NCBI GenBank assembly: GCA_012295275.1 | Contig: CM022666.1 | Span: 8,308,001-8,372,000, forward strand | DNA: 64,000 nucleotides | DNA from: Chrysomallon squamiferum | Lineage: Eukaryota; Animalia; Mollusca | Direction: 5' to 3' | Part shown: piece by piece, positions 11,863 to 26,900 of the stretch | Layout of the letters: each line of letters opens with the position of its first letter | Position numbering within the stretch: the stretch's first letter is position 1 | Program-made: the position numbers and the translations under genes | The notes under the pieces: model-generated | Told to the model about the DNA's origin: nothing | Database searches by the model: none | The model's input: only the letters and a program-made list of their open reading frames with translations

Positions 11863-13265
11863 AAATTAAATAAATTAATAAAACGAAAAACAAAAGAAAA
11901 CGAAAAAAACAACAACAAGAAAACATAATAATAATAAAAATGAAATAAATAATACATGTCGTAATTAAAGGAAATTTAAAAATGGAGTTCCCGGTCGGGT
12001 GTATGATGTCACTTCTGTATTATTTTTCCTTTGAATTGTGAAACTTATTCAATTTAAAGTCTGAGTGATCAAAAATTCACAAACTGTAATAATTGTAGCA
12101 AACAATATTTATTTATTTAATCTCTGTTTATTTATTTTTTATTTTATGTTTATTTAGTTATGTATTCATTCATTTTGTTTAATATTTCATTATTCAACTT
12201 GTTTAAGATCTGTGAAGCGAGCTTTGTTTACTTTCCGTGTCTGTTTTTCTACAGTTCAGTATAGTTTAGCATTTGAAAGGTTGCTTTCCACTCATGTTCA
12301 TTATCACTATTTTTTATTTTTTTACTTTTTGACAATGGAAACTAAAATTTCGGTGATTATTTATTTTGTTGTTTCTTCTTCTTCATCTTCTTCTTCTTCT
12401 TTCTTCTTCTTCTTCTTCTTCTTCTTCTTATTATTATTATTTTTAATTATTATTTATTTATTTGTTTATTATTGCTGTTATTATTATTATTTTAATTATT
12501 ATTTATTTTACTTGTTGAAACTCGCCAGTAGTTCATTTGAATGAAACAAATTATTTTTATTTGTTTATGTATTCATTCATTTTGTTTAATATTTCATTAT
12601 TCAACTTGTTTAAGATCTGTGAAGCGAGCTTTGTTTATTTTCCAAACAGTTCAGTATAGTTTAGCATTTGAAAGGTCGCTTTCCAGTTCATTATCACTAT
12701 TTTTTATTTTTTTACTTTTTGACAATGGAAACTAAAATTTCGGTGATTTTTTTTCATTTTATTTTTTTTGAATGAAACAAATTATTTTTATTTATTTACT
12801 TATTTGATGTTTATTTATTTATTTATTCATTCATTTTGTTTAAAATTTCATTATTCAACTTGTTTAAAATCTATGATGCGAGCTTTAAAAATTGTCTACT
12901 TAAATTCATTTGTATAAGTGAAGTGAGCTTTTGATTTTGTCTACTTAAACCATTAGTTTATATCATTCCTTTATTAGCAAATTAATCTTTTAAAACTTTA
13001 TAAACGAAACTGGAAATGTTGTTTAGTAGAAAAATGAAAGTAAATAATTAGTACATATATAAGTACAACAGCAATAAATAAATAAATCTAATAATAATAA
13101 TTACAATAATAAATCAAAATTATTTAAATAAAAAGATAATTTGTGTGTGTGTTTATATGGGTGCGAGTGTGCGTGCGCGAATGTTACACATTCAGTTTTG
13201 TCCAAGTTTTTATTTTCTTTTCAGTGTATTTTATTTTGCTGCGACTGATGTCACCGTATGAGAAA

Positions 13266-16200
13266 ATGTCGTCAGCGTATTCTGGCCTGACCTTTGACAG
13301 GGAAAACGAACATCACTACGACCTCACCAAAGTGATTTCGCAGAAGAAACGAATTTCCACTTTCGGTTTAAAGCGTCGCTTCATTCCAATTTACCTGTGT
13401 ATTATCTTCAGTTCCCTTGCCATTTCCCTTTCCCTTTTTGGTTTTATCAAGGACTATTGCTTCAAAAATGCCGTGAACAAGAAATTAGAAGGCGCCTGCA
13501 TTCCATGTGCGTACCTGCTAAAAACGCAATTTCGGGAAGACGATCCAGATGTCGAAATAATCATCAAATATGGAGAAAAGACCTGCTGCGCACGCACACC
13601 TGCACGGATGCAACAGATGATTAATGAGGTGAGTTGGGATTTGCTAACTGGGTATAGATCATTGTAGGTACATAACTGTATTCGCTGCTAGTTCTAGTAT
13701 TGGTATTATTACAGCTGATCCTACTACTACTACTACTTAAAAGGAAATACCATGCAACAGCAAACACTACTGTATTACTACTGCTGTTACAACAATCCTC
13801 ATTACTGTTGCAACAACAACTACTAATTACTGTAACACCGTTGCAACAATTACTACGTCTACTAAGTTAACAGGTATAAAATATACTGTGAAAGTGGACT
13901 AGAGGGATTTTAAAAATGATTATTAGCTATAAACAATGGTCATACATATTAAATACACTTAAAATCAAATAAAATATAAAAAATATCAAAATATCAAAAA
14001 TAGAAAGAAAGAAAATGTACGATGTTGGGTATCAGACTTCAAGCAAACCAACAAAAATAATGAAAAAATAATGAAAAAAAAAAATAATAATAATAACAAC
14101 AAATAATGAAAGAAAGAGAAAAACAAAAAAGGAAAGTCCTATTCAGAATGATATACATCTAAAAAGCAAAGAAAGACAAACACAGGCACCTGGGTTATAT
14201 TGCTTTGAAAAAGGAATAAAACTTCAGAAAAAAAAACAACAACATTGTTTGTGATTTTAACCATTTAGAAGAAAAAAACATTGACACTTTAATTTAAATA
14301 AATTTTGGGATTTGTCTTACTGGTCAGTAAAGAGTAAAAAAACTAAATAAAAAATCCCCTCCAGATTCCCTCAGATCTCCAAAATGGCTCATGAAGTTAT
14401 GTGTACCAGTGAATGAAATCAAATGCATATTTGTTATTGATATTAGAAATTCTTGACTGATAAAATTATTGTGAATTTCGTTTCCAACGAATATATCAAG
14501 ATGCAATGATGAACTTTGATCTGTATGAATTTGATCAAATATGACACTTAAATGTTCTTTGATTGTCGACTTTTGAATAATTAATTATGACTTTCTTTCC
14601 CAAAACATGTGAATATCAATCAGGATATTCAGATTATGTTCCCAGGACAAGCGTGCTTGGACCCTCTTGGATACAAAATCACACGTAAGATGGTCGACTG
14701 ATTGACAGACTTTGGAAACTGGCAAATGGGAAAATCATCCAGTCAGAAGGGTCGTGAGTGATTTCAAACATTATCTGCCATATCTGAAAAGCAAAAGTGA
14801 AAGTAGATAAAATATTCATCATGGAAAAGCGAAAGTAGAATATTGTCTTCACTGAAAATGAAAGACTATCATCTTTTTGAAACGTGAAAGTAGATTATCT
14901 TCATCGAAAGAGAAAAATTATTGTCTTTTCGAAAAGTGAAAGATTATTAAATTTTCATCACTAGATTTGCTCAAATTTCTTTTCATTTAATTACAACAAA
15001 TTTAATGCTCAATTTTATTTTTCCAGGTTTTCATCACTGATTAAATAAATATTTATTGATTTATATTAGTTATTTTTATTTGCTGTTGATGTAATTTTGT
15101 TGTTCTTTGTTCATTTTTTCCTCACACAAGAAACCCCCCCCCCAAAAAACACACAAAAAGAAAACAAAAAACAACAAAGAACAAAACTTGTATCAGCTTG
15201 TCTTGCTGTGTGTATGCGTGTATGAACACATTAATACTGTTGATTCAAGGATAAAGCATGTGTTTAATATTTTGTTTATTGCTGTTATTTTATGTGTTAC
15301 ATGTTTTTAAATAAAACAATATTTTATGAGTTTTTTATTTTATATTATCTGAAATGTTGTCTTTTTCTTTCTTTTTCTTTTTTCTATATAATTTTTTTTA
15401 ATTGATTTTCTTTTTCGCTTTAGGCTTTTAACAAAAGAATTGCACAGCTGGATGATAAAGGTATCTATCTTTGTTGGTGATTTCTACACTTGTAATAGAG
15501 TAGGGTTCTGGTAATTTCGTTGTTAATGTTTAATTTTAAATCTATTTGTCCTTTTAAATACTGAACACTAAATAGCTATGGCTGAAGTTTATGTAAAGAA
15601 ATACTGCAAAAACAGAACAAAAAGAAAATAAACTAAACAAAACAAAACAAAAAAAAAATTAAGGAGAAGAAGAAGAAGTAGCAGTAGAAAAAAAAGAAGA
15701 AACAATAACATCATAGAATTATCGATTGAGTTATATGTTTGTTTTTTGTTTACTGGTTTGTTTGTTCATTCATTAATTGATTTTTTTCAACAAGAGAAGT
15801 ACCGAAAAACATTTCCCAATGACTTAACAAAGTTGGATACAGATAATATCAATATTCAACCTTTAATTCTATTGATCTCAGTATTTGTTTAAATTTTTCT
15901 GGAACAAGCCTGCGGGCGACTGATGTGCCCGCGGTTCCCGTGTTGGGAATCCCTCACCTAGATAACAGATTAACAGTGTTAGTAACACTGGCATGTTTTC
16001 ACAACATACCTCGTACACAATAAACCTCTGTGTATATATATATCTCCCAGTAGTCATATCGTCAGTAGTCATACCATTTGGAAAGCAGTCAACTAGTCTT
16101 GACTGGCTCTCACTGCTCAGTGTTGTAATCACAACTCCGGTGGGCAGCATGTGTTCATGGTTACTCCAATTATATGGAGATGTCGCTCTTAAAAAGGAGA

Positions 16201-17352
16201 AGGACTTTGAAGGAGACATGTTTTGATATAGCAACGGATGTCATGTTGTGACTGCTGATGGCCACCCTTTCCTGTTGACTACTGACGCAGATAAGACAAC
16301 ACTGATCAACAGCTTCGTGCTTTGCAGTCGCCCGACACGATCTACTCGGACGGCACCTTTTCTTCATTTCCTGATCTCTGGGATCATGCCAGGACCGGTT
16401 CATCCACATACGCGCTAGTACACGCCTTGCTGTCCCCCCACAGATAGCCACCTACTGCAGACTGTTCAGTCAACTCAACACAAAGTTCAGGCACGACTCA
16501 ACCTAACTCTTCACCCTGCTACAGTCCAGACAGACTTGAGTTGGCTGCCGTTCGTCCTGCTGAGAGTTAGTTTCCTAACGCAGATGTCAACGGGTGTTAC
16601 TTCCATCACTGTCAGGCGTTGTGGAGGGAGGTGCAGGACGTGGGACTTGCAGTGCAGTACAAGGAAGCTCTTCCCATCCGACAGTGGATCCGCAGGGCTG
16701 CCAGACTAACTCTTCTACCACAAGACAAAATTCAGGACGCATGGATTGAAACCATGGTGCTGACACCAAATGTTCCTCGTTCATTGACTGGATTGATGAT
16801 GATGCTCGCTTCCCCCTGACGGTCTGGAACCACCATGAGAACAATGGACCAAGCACGAACAACAATCTGGAAGGATTCCACAGCCGGCTCAACAAAGCAA
16901 TGCCCCACTACCACCCGAACATCTGTCCACTTGTGGACATTAAGAAGGTCGACTGTGCAGCAGAACCAAGATTTCCCAGGTTGACTTTGGACCTGTTCTT
17001 CCATCCCGCAAACGTGTGTACACAGAGATGGAAAACAGACTCAAACATCAATTGCAGCAGAGAGTCAAAACGCTCCTTCAGTTCTTAGATGCTGTAGGCT
17101 ATCAACTGAAACTTAAGTGATGAAATTATCTGGATGAACTAAAATGTATAAATAATTATAAGCCTTTGTTTCATTTATTTATTGCCGGTAGACATACAAT
17201 ATACAACAATGTGGAATCATACCATTTTTATACGGGTACCGGGCAGAGGATTCAGTGTGCACCAAACATTGACCTGTGTTGTTATAAATTGTATGACGAA
17301 TAACCGTATGACTGATGGGAGGTAGTCATATATATTATAGTTGTTGTTGTTG

Positions 17353-17408
<56 letters not shown>

Positions 17409-17977
17409 TTTACATCATATACTATTATCTATATCATACTGTATCGTCTGTGTGTGTGTGTGTGAATAACATATTTGATAACATAATATCATATCCTATA
17501 CTATACCAAACCATATTAACACACCATATAATCTAATATTCTTTTTTTTTTTTTCTTTCAGGTGAACAACAGAAACAGATCAATCCTTGGATTAAAACTA
17601 ACCCTCTCAGCGTCCTCAAAGGAGCTGATGTGAACAACACTCGACTCAGTATCACTGAATCAGGTTTCTACTACATTTACAGCGAGGTTTACTTCAGAAT
17701 CTTTACAAGCAACGGCATGAAGCTGCCAAACGTCCTGGGTCACCAGGTTTTCCGCTACAGCGTCAACGTTCCCAACGACGGAATAGAAAAGCTGCTGCAG
17801 TCAGCACAGACCACCACGGAAGATAAAAATCGCAACGTCTACCTCCACAGCAGCCACGCAGGGGGGGTGTTTAAGCTTGATGACGGAGACCAGTTGTATG
17901 TAACGATATCCCATCCGTTACTTATTATTCGTGATCCTGACCTGACCTTTTTGGGGGTCATCAAATTGAATGGGTAA
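13266..17977 (+). CDS. TNF superfamily ligand, copy 2, join(13266..13628,15424..15460,17562..17977), 271 aa, lacks exon 3
   Basis: Same splice sites as copy 1. Exon 2 (phase 1) joins the last exon in frame with no stops. The exon-3 region is absent from the last intron. Confidence 0.75.
14786..14943 (+). promoter_or_regulatory. IRF-motif minisatellite (6 units), intron 1 of copy 2
   Basis: Homologous to 3606-3792 with one unit fewer. Confidence 0.5.
16230..17120 (+). mobile_element. MULE transposase remnant in the last intron of copy 2
   Basis: Fragments IYSDGTF, CYFH, WREVQDVGLAVQYK and RTNNNLEGFH appear across frameshifts. Confidence 0.8.
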
Positions 17978-18318
17978 ACCATTAAATAAATAAGTAAATA
18001 TTTAAATAAGTAAATAAATAATAAATAATAGTAAAAATGATATTAAGACTCCCAAAACCTCATCAAGAAAATTATCGAGCTACTTTAACTGGGAAATAAT
18101 GCCACATTTATAAGGTCAAGGTCGTCCAGCAGTGAAATGATTGGTGTAACAGTTCAAGTGGTTGGTTACTGTTACGTTTGAAAAGCCCGGGTAAATAAAC
18201 AGCTGGAGTTGAGAGTTGGGAGTCAGATTCACATTATTTATTTATTTATTTATAGAATTTGTTTTGTTTTGTTTTTTTTACTCGTTTCTGGCAGATTAGG
18301 ATAGTTAAATTAATTCAA

Positions 18319-18355
<37 letters not shown>

Positions 18356-20005
18356 TATTTATTTTATACGCGTTTTAAGAACACCGTGACATTTAATATA
18401 ACTCACACAACAAATGCGACTTTGAGAGGCGACGTTAAAACTACACGCATGAAAAACGCTATCAATACAAGGCAGGTGTACGTATTTGTTTGTTAGAAAC
18501 GTGACTTGGACTTCGTTCAAAATGTTATCTCATCTTGAAATGTGCTGTGTTGTTGTCAGATAATACCTTGGTTTTTCCTTGGCAAGTCAAAAGATCAGGT
18601 AGTAAGATACCTGTACAGGTAAGGGGATTTTCCAGGTGTAATAAACTTGCAAGGGATGATCACATTAAAAAGTGGTGCCTCTTTGATGCGGTATTAGAAT
18701 CTATCGAACAAGTATTCCTTGTTTCAGTTTTCTTTTCTTTTTAAATTAAAGTTGTTTTAATCAACTGGTTTTTAAATGCATCTGTAAAAATGTATTTTTA
18801 ATATAACCATGCAGATATATCAATCAGGTAAAAAAGCTCTGTTGTGAAATGCCCCATTGTTTTTGTAAATACTTGTTATACGTGCTGTGAGTAGTTTTTG
18901 TTTTTATTCCTTGTATTTATTTTTGTAAATCATATTTTGTAAACTGTACCATTGACAGTAAAATTAAAGTAAAAATAAAGAATTAAAAACAAAAAAATTT
19001 ACCTGGTTTTGATTATGTTGTTCTGTATTAAATTCTGCATATGCTGATTTATATTGATTTATAATGCTTTTAAATGTTGCTGAAAAAGACGGAATTTTCC
19101 GACATTGTTTTTGTTCTCTTGATATAACTGACATCTTCTAACTTGCATAGATTGTTTTTAATGTAAGAAATTATCACTGAAACGTTTGACACAGTATAAA
19201 GTTTAGAGTTTAGAGTTTTGCAAGCGGCCTCTGTTTAGTCAGAATAATACGATGATTCAAAATCTGTTATTATTATGCAACCATTTAGATAGTTTCTTGT
19301 CTGAGTTTTATTAACACAGGCCCGATCCTGTCGTTAACGACGTCGTTTATTAAAGTATTCTGTAACCAAGCACGACATGCTCTGCGCATTCTGCGTACTT
19401 CAGGAAAAATTAAAAATTTAAAAAACGAAAGCTAATAATCTCTAGCATCATCTACTAACAGTTCCCGGTTATGAAATTTTGGTCTTCGTTTTTTTGACAA
19501 TATTCTTTAATTTGTCAGCCATGATTACTTTTTAAAAGCTATTAATCCATGAGATAAGACAAATTTTGATACCAGACAGATCCAGTATGTATATGGGTAA
19601 AATAGATCCAATAAGTAAATGAGAGGGGTGTGGAAAAAATATCTGACTAAATTTACCTGGTTTTGTTAATGTTGTTCTATATAAAATTCTGCATATACTG
19701 ATTTATAGTTATTTATAATGCTTTTACTAAAATCAGTAAATGCTGTCGAGAAATGCGGAATTTTCCGACTGTTTATTCGAAAAGTGAGCTGAAAAGGGAC
19801 ATAACTCGTTAAATCATGTTTCTAAATTAATCGATACTGTTTATATATGTATATTAGAATGTATGTATTCATGAGTGTGTGCATGTGTGTGTGCGTGAGT
19901 GTATATGTCTCTGTGTATGTGTGCGTGATTATTCGTCATTAATGTAAGCATCCATTCTGCATATTTTATACATTTCTGTGGAAAATATTTAATTTAAAAA
20001 AAAAA

Positions 20006-20058
<53 letters not shown>

Positions 20059-20698
20059 TGATGATAGTTGTTTTTTTTTTGTTAAGAAAAGATTGCTAAT
20101 AATCATAATAAAAAATGAGGTATGACTAACACGGTTTCATACGAGTACAGCTTTTCAAATTCGTCCGGGACACGTGACTAGGTGGTGTCCTTTTCGGGGA
20201 AACCCAAATGAGTCATAATAATAAATATGAATCCTAGGAAAAAACATTTTCTCGAACCCGTTGTTAGGTCTTTTATTTCTGTTTTGAAAAGAAATTTTAG
20301 CCTTCTTTCTTTTTTGTACTCAGTGTGTTCAATATTTCACAAGAAAACGACAGCCGCTTGGCGTTCTGTTATGTAGTAATATTTCACATAACAGGCAAGT
20401 GAAAAGTCGAGGAATAATTGTACAGCAAAATGAACTGTGTGATATCAAATAAAAACTCCGACATTTTCAAGTGTGAAAGTCACTTCTTGGTCTTTCTCAC
20501 GTTACGATGCATACTTTCTGTGTTAACAACAGACAAAATCCAGTGACTCTGAGTTTTTCACTAGTTCTGTATATTTTGATATTTTTATTTCTTAGTCTTT
20601 TTCGAGGGGAAAGGGAATGTTAAAATTATCCAAATTGATCGCCGTTTGTTATTATTATTATTATTATTATTTTTAAAATCATTATTATTTTATTTATT

Positions 20699-20746
<48 letters not shown>

Positions 20747-20783
20747 TTATTTATTTATTAATTTATTATTATTATTATTATTA

Positions 20784-20842
<59 letters not shown>

Positions 20843-21303
20843 TATATAGTAAACCTTACCTAAGTCGTCCCCTTAGCGAAAGTCCTGATTTTCTGCTACG
20901 TTATTTCCAATAAAATATCCTTGTCTAAGTCGTCAAATCTAAGCTGTCCCCTTACTTGGGAGAAACACAAAGCGCAGTTAATTTCTAGCTCTAAGTCATC
21001 AGTAGAAAGTACCTCGGCACCTACTTTTATTGATAATCACCTGACATACCTGTGTATGGGTAGGTTGAATTAACATATTATTTAGGGAAGCTCACTATAG
21101 TGACTTTTCAGAGTACAAAATGGCGACTATCGGAACAGACGGCTAATAATCAATTCTTTAAAACGATACATGAAATAATCAAGTTTTGTGAAGCCAACCC
21201 TAGCGGTAAAACGGGTCTGAGGGCGGAGATATTTACTGGGTATTTTTGTTTGTTTGTTGTTTGTTTTTTTCTATTTTCTTGATGTCTTTTACTCATCCGC
21301 GTA

Positions 21304-21343
<40 letters not shown>

Positions 21344-23258
21344 TTCAGTGTTTCTAATAGCAACTGTATCGGGTAATTGTATTTTTTGTGTTGTAGTTAT
21401 TTTAATTATATTTATGTGTCTAAATTCTTCTACGTAATAAAAACCAAGGAGGTAAATAAATAAATAAAAACGAGAAGTTTACAGCCAGAGTTTATGAAGC
21501 AGTTGATTTCCTTACAGATTAAAACCAGTTACTTCTCTTATTACAGTTATTTGTATTACCAAACGAACAGGAGAGCTAGAATTACCCAGCAGTACGCATG
21601 CGCATGAAATAACTTTTTCGCGCGTAGAAATACACAGGCTGAGCGTTGTATCAGCATTTATAGCAGTATCTGAAAAGCAGACGTTAGGCTTTTAGGCGCC
21701 GATTTCTGGATAGCGTTCACGACCTGCGGAAAATAAAAACATTGCAAGAAAACGATCGAAAAGGTAAATAATTTGAATTTTGCTTTAGAATTCATTGCAT
21801 TCTTTGTCCTATTTTCGTCGGCTATGCTAACAAAGACTTCACACTGTTGTTAGTTGCGGTAGTTGCATTTGTCACCAATATTGTAGAAGAAACAGTTGTT
21901 GTTGTACCAGCAGTTCTGGGGATTATGCAGATGAGATAGTCATGGTAACGAGAAAGATACTTGTAAACACAAAGTATTGCACACATTGCAATCTCGAATA
22001 TACAAAAAACTAAGTGGTAGTAGTACGAGCAGTAGCAGTAGTACTAGTGGTAGTAGTAATAGTAGAAGTAATAGTAGGTATATTAGTGGAATTGTTGTAA
22101 CAGTGTGGTTACCATAGTAGAAAAGTGATTTTTAATAAAAAATAGTTCACTGAAGAGACGATCAATCATCAATTAACCAGGAATACAAAATCTGACATTT
22201 TTGTTTTAATCGTTCACGGATGGCTAGAAAAATTTCTTTCTTCCTCCTAAACTTTAATCACAATTGTTATCTACGTGTACATCAAGACAAAATATTATTG
22301 CTTGTTTTTTCTTTTGTTCATTATGCACGACATGCCTAACATTACAAAGTAAAATAAAATGTAAAGTTTGTTAAATTATTCTTCATATTAGTTTGACATT
22401 AAAGAGCATTTCAAGTTATGAAGTTATAATTGCTTTTTGATTATATTCAACACTGTTAGATAATCTGAAAAACTTTCTTTCATTTAATACTGCTACAGTT
22501 GTGATACATTTTAACAGTTAATAATGGTTATGTAACATGTGTGGTTGTCTTTGTGCGTGTGTGTGTGTGTGTGTGTGTTTGTGCGTGTGCGTGTGCCTCG
22601 AAATAGCCAACGACACTGGTAGTAAATTATAAGAGGGAACATTTAAAATTCAGTTAAAGAAAAAACCAAAAGGAAAAAAAAATAAATAAAAAATAGAAAA
22701 AAATTAAAAATTAAGTAAATAAATAAAACGAAACACAAAACAAAACGAAAAAACAACAAGAAAACATAATAATAAAAATGAAATAAATAATACATGTCGT
22801 AATTAAAGGAAATTTGAAAATGGAGTTCCCGGTCGGGTGTATGATGTCACTTCTGTGTTATTTTTCCTTTGAATTGTGAAACTTATTCAATTTAAAGTCT
22901 GATCATGGTTTATTCCAAGAAATTCACAAACTGAAAGTTGCTAGTAGTTCACAACTATCAAACACACATAATAATACAGCAGGTAATATTTATTTAATCT
23001 CTGTTTATTTATTTTTTTAATTTATGTTTATTTAGTTATGTATTCATTCATTTTGTTTAATATTTCATTATTCAGCTTGTTTAAGATCTGTGAAGCGAGC
23101 TTTGTTTACTTTCCGTGTCTGTTTTTCTACAGTTCAGTATAGTTTAGCATTTGAAAGGTTGCTTTCCACTCATGTTCATTATCACTATGTTTTATTTTTT
23201 TGACGATGGAAGCTAAAATTTCGAGGGTTTGGGTGGTTTTTTTGGTCGTTCATTATTA

Positions 23259-23320
<62 letters not shown>

Positions 23321-23922
23321 ATTAGTGTTATTATTATTTTTTTATTTTTTTTATTATTGCTGTTATTATTATTATTTTAATTATTATTTATTTATTTGTT
23401 GAAACTCGCAAGTAGTTCACGATTGAATGAAACAAATTATTTTTATTTATTTACTTATTTGATATTTATTTATTTATTTATTCATTCATTTTGTTTAAAA
23501 TTTCATTATTCAACTTGTTTAGAATCTATGATGCGAGCTTTAAAAATTGTCTACTTAAATTCATTTGTATAAGTGAAGTGAGCTTTTGATTTTGTATACT
23601 TAAACCATTAGTTTATATCATTCCTTTATTGGCAAATTAATCTTTTAAAACTTTAAAAACGAAACTGGAAATGTTGTTTAGTAGAAAAATGAAAGTAAAT
23701 AATTAGTACATATATAAGTACAACAAAAATAAATAAATAAATCTAATAATAATAATTACAATAATAAATCAAAATTATTTAAATAAAAAGATAACTTGTG
23801 TGTGTGTGTTTTTATAGGTGCGAGTGTGCGTGCGCGAATGTTACACATTCAGTTTTGTCCAAGTTTTTATTTTGTTTTCAGTGTATTTTATTTTGCTGCG
23901 ACTGATATCACCGTATAAGAAA

Positions 23923-26900
23923 ATGTCGTCAGCGTATTCTGGCCTGACCTTTGACAGGGAAACCAAACATCACTACGACCTCGAAAAATTGATTTCGCAG
24001 AAGAAACGAAGTTCCTCTTTCGGTTTAAAACGTCGCTTCTTTCCAGTTTACCTGTGTATAATCATCAGTTTCCTTGCACTCTCCCTTTCTCTTTTTGGTT
24101 TTATCAAAGACTATTGGTTCACAAATCCCGAGAACAGGAAATTAGAAGTCGCCTGCATTCCATGTGCGTACCTGCTAAAAACGCAATTTCGGGAAGACGA
24201 TCCGGATGTAAAAATAATCATCAAATATGGAGAAAAGACCTGCTGCGCACGCACACCTGCACGGATGCAACAGATGATTAACGAGGTGAGTTGGGATTTG
24301 CTAACTGGGTATAGATCATTGTAGGTACATAACTGTATTCGCTGCTGGTTCTAGTATTGGTATTATTACAGCTGATCCTACTATTCCTAATATTTAAAAG
24401 GAGCTACCGTGCCACAGCAAACACTACTGTACTACTACTACTGCTGTTACAACAATCCTCATTACTGCTGCAGCAACAATTGTTAATTACTGTAACACCA
24501 TTGCCACAATTACTACGTCTACTAAGTTAACAGGTATAAAATATACTGTGAAAGTGGACTAGAGAGATTTTTAAAATTATTATTAACTATAAACAATGGT
24601 CATACATATTAAATAAATTTAAAATCAATCAATCAAGCAATCTATCAATCAAATAAATATATAAAATATAAAAATATAAAAAATAGAAAGAAAGAAAATG
24701 TACGATGTTGGGTTTCAGACTTCAAACAACCAACAAAAAGAAAGAAATAAAATAATGAAAAAAAAAAATAATAATGACAACAAATAATGAAAGAAAGAGA
24801 AAAACAAAAAAGGAAAGTCCTATTCAGAATGAAATACATCTAAAAAGGAAAGAGAGATAAATACAGGCACCTGGGTTATATTGCTTTGACCAAGGAATAA
24901 CACTTCAGAAAAAAAAAGAAAAAATTGTTATGGATTTTACACATTTAGAAGAAAAAAACATTTACAATTTGACTTAAATAAATTTTGGGATTTGTCTTAC
25001 TGGTCAGTAAAGAGTAAAAAAACTAAATACAAAATCCCCTCCAGATTCCCTCAGATCTCCAAAATGGCTCATGAAGTTATGTGTACCAGTGAATGAAATC
25101 AAATGCATATATGTTATTGATATTAGAAATTCTTGACTGATAAAATTATTGTGAATTTCGTTTCCAACGAATATATCAAGATGCTATGATGAACTTTGAT
25201 CTGTATGAATTTGATCAAATATGACACTTAAATGCTCTTTGATAGTCGACTTTTGAATAATTAATTAAGACTTTCTTTCCCAAAACATGTGAATATCTAT
25301 CAGGATATTCAGATTATGTTCCCAGGACAAGCGTCCTTGGACCCTCTTGAATACAAAATCACAGGTAAGATGGTCGACTGATTGACAGACTTTGGAAACC
25401 GGCAAATGGGAAAATCATCCAGTCAGAAGGGTTGTGAGTGTTTTCAAACATTATCTGCCATATCTGAAAAGCAAAAGTGAAAGTAAATAAAATATTTATC
25501 ATGGAAAAGCGAAAGCAGAATATTGTCTTCACTGAAAATGAAAGTAGAATATTGTCTTCATTGAAAATGAAAGATTATCATCTTTTTGAAACGTGAAAGT
25601 AGATTATCTTCATCGAAAGAGAAAAATTATTGTCTTTTCGAAAAGTGAAAGATTATTAAATTTTCATCACTAGATTTGCTCAAATTTCTTTTCATTTAAT
25701 TACAACAAATTTAATGCTCAATTTTATTTTTCCAGGTTTTCATCACTGATTAAATAAATATTTAATGATTTATATTAGTTATTTTTATTTGCTGTTGATG
25801 TAATTTTGTTGTTCTTTGTTCATTTTTTCCTCACACAAGAAACCCCCCCCAAAAAAAACACACAAAAAGAAAACAAAAAACAACAACAAAGAACAAAACT
25901 TGTATCAGCTTGTCTTGCTGTGTGTATGCGTGTATGAACACATTAATACTGTTGATTCAAGGATAAAGCATGTGTTTAATATTTTGTTTATTGCTGTTAT
26001 TTTATGTGTTACATGTTTTTAAATAAAACAATATTTTATGAGTTTTTTATTTTATATTATCTGAAATGTTGTCTTTTTCTTTCTTTTTCTTTTTTCTATA
26101 TAATTTTTTTTAATTGATTTTCTTTTTCGCTTTAGGCTTTTAACAAAAGAACTGCACAGCTGGATGATAAAGGTATCTATCTTTGTTGCTGATTTCTACA
26201 CTTGTAATAGAGTAGGGTTCTGGTAATTTCGTTGTTAATGTTTAATTTTAAATCTATTTGTCCTTTTAAATACTGAACACTAAATAGCTATGGCTGAAGT
26301 TTATGTAAAGAAATACTGCAAAAACAGAACAAAAAGAAAACAAACTAAACAAAAAAAATTAAGAAGAAGAAGAAGAAGAAGTAGCAGTAGAAAAAAGAAA
26401 AGAAACAATAACATCACACAATTATCGATTGAGTTATATGTTTGTTTTTTGTTTACTGGTTTGTTTGTTCATTCATTAATTGATTTTTTTCAACAAGAGA
26501 AGTACCGAAAAACATTTCCCAATGACTTAACAAAGTTGGATACAGATAATATCAATATTCAACCTTTAATTCTATTGATCTCAGTATTTGTTTAAATTTT
26601 TCTGGAACAAGCCTGCGGGCGACTGATGTGCCCGCGGTTACCGTGTTGGGAATCCCTCACCTAGATAACAGATTAACAGTGTTAGTAACACTGGCATGTT
26701 TTCACAACATACCTCGTACACAATAAACCTCTGTGTATATATATATCTCCCAGTAGTCATATCGTCAGTAGTCATACCATTTGGAAAGCAGTCAACTAGT
26801 CTTGACTGGGTCTCACTGCTCAGTGTTGTAATCACAACTCCGGTGGACATCATGTGTTCATGGTTACTCCAATTATACGGAGATGTCGCTCTTAAAAAGG

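Noticed and set aside
21100-21282. Recurrent small ORF MTFQSTKWRL... (also at 33262 and 49011)
   Set aside because: GTG start, runs into microsatellite, and lies in a duplicated repeat-like spacer. Its conservation reflects recent duplication only.
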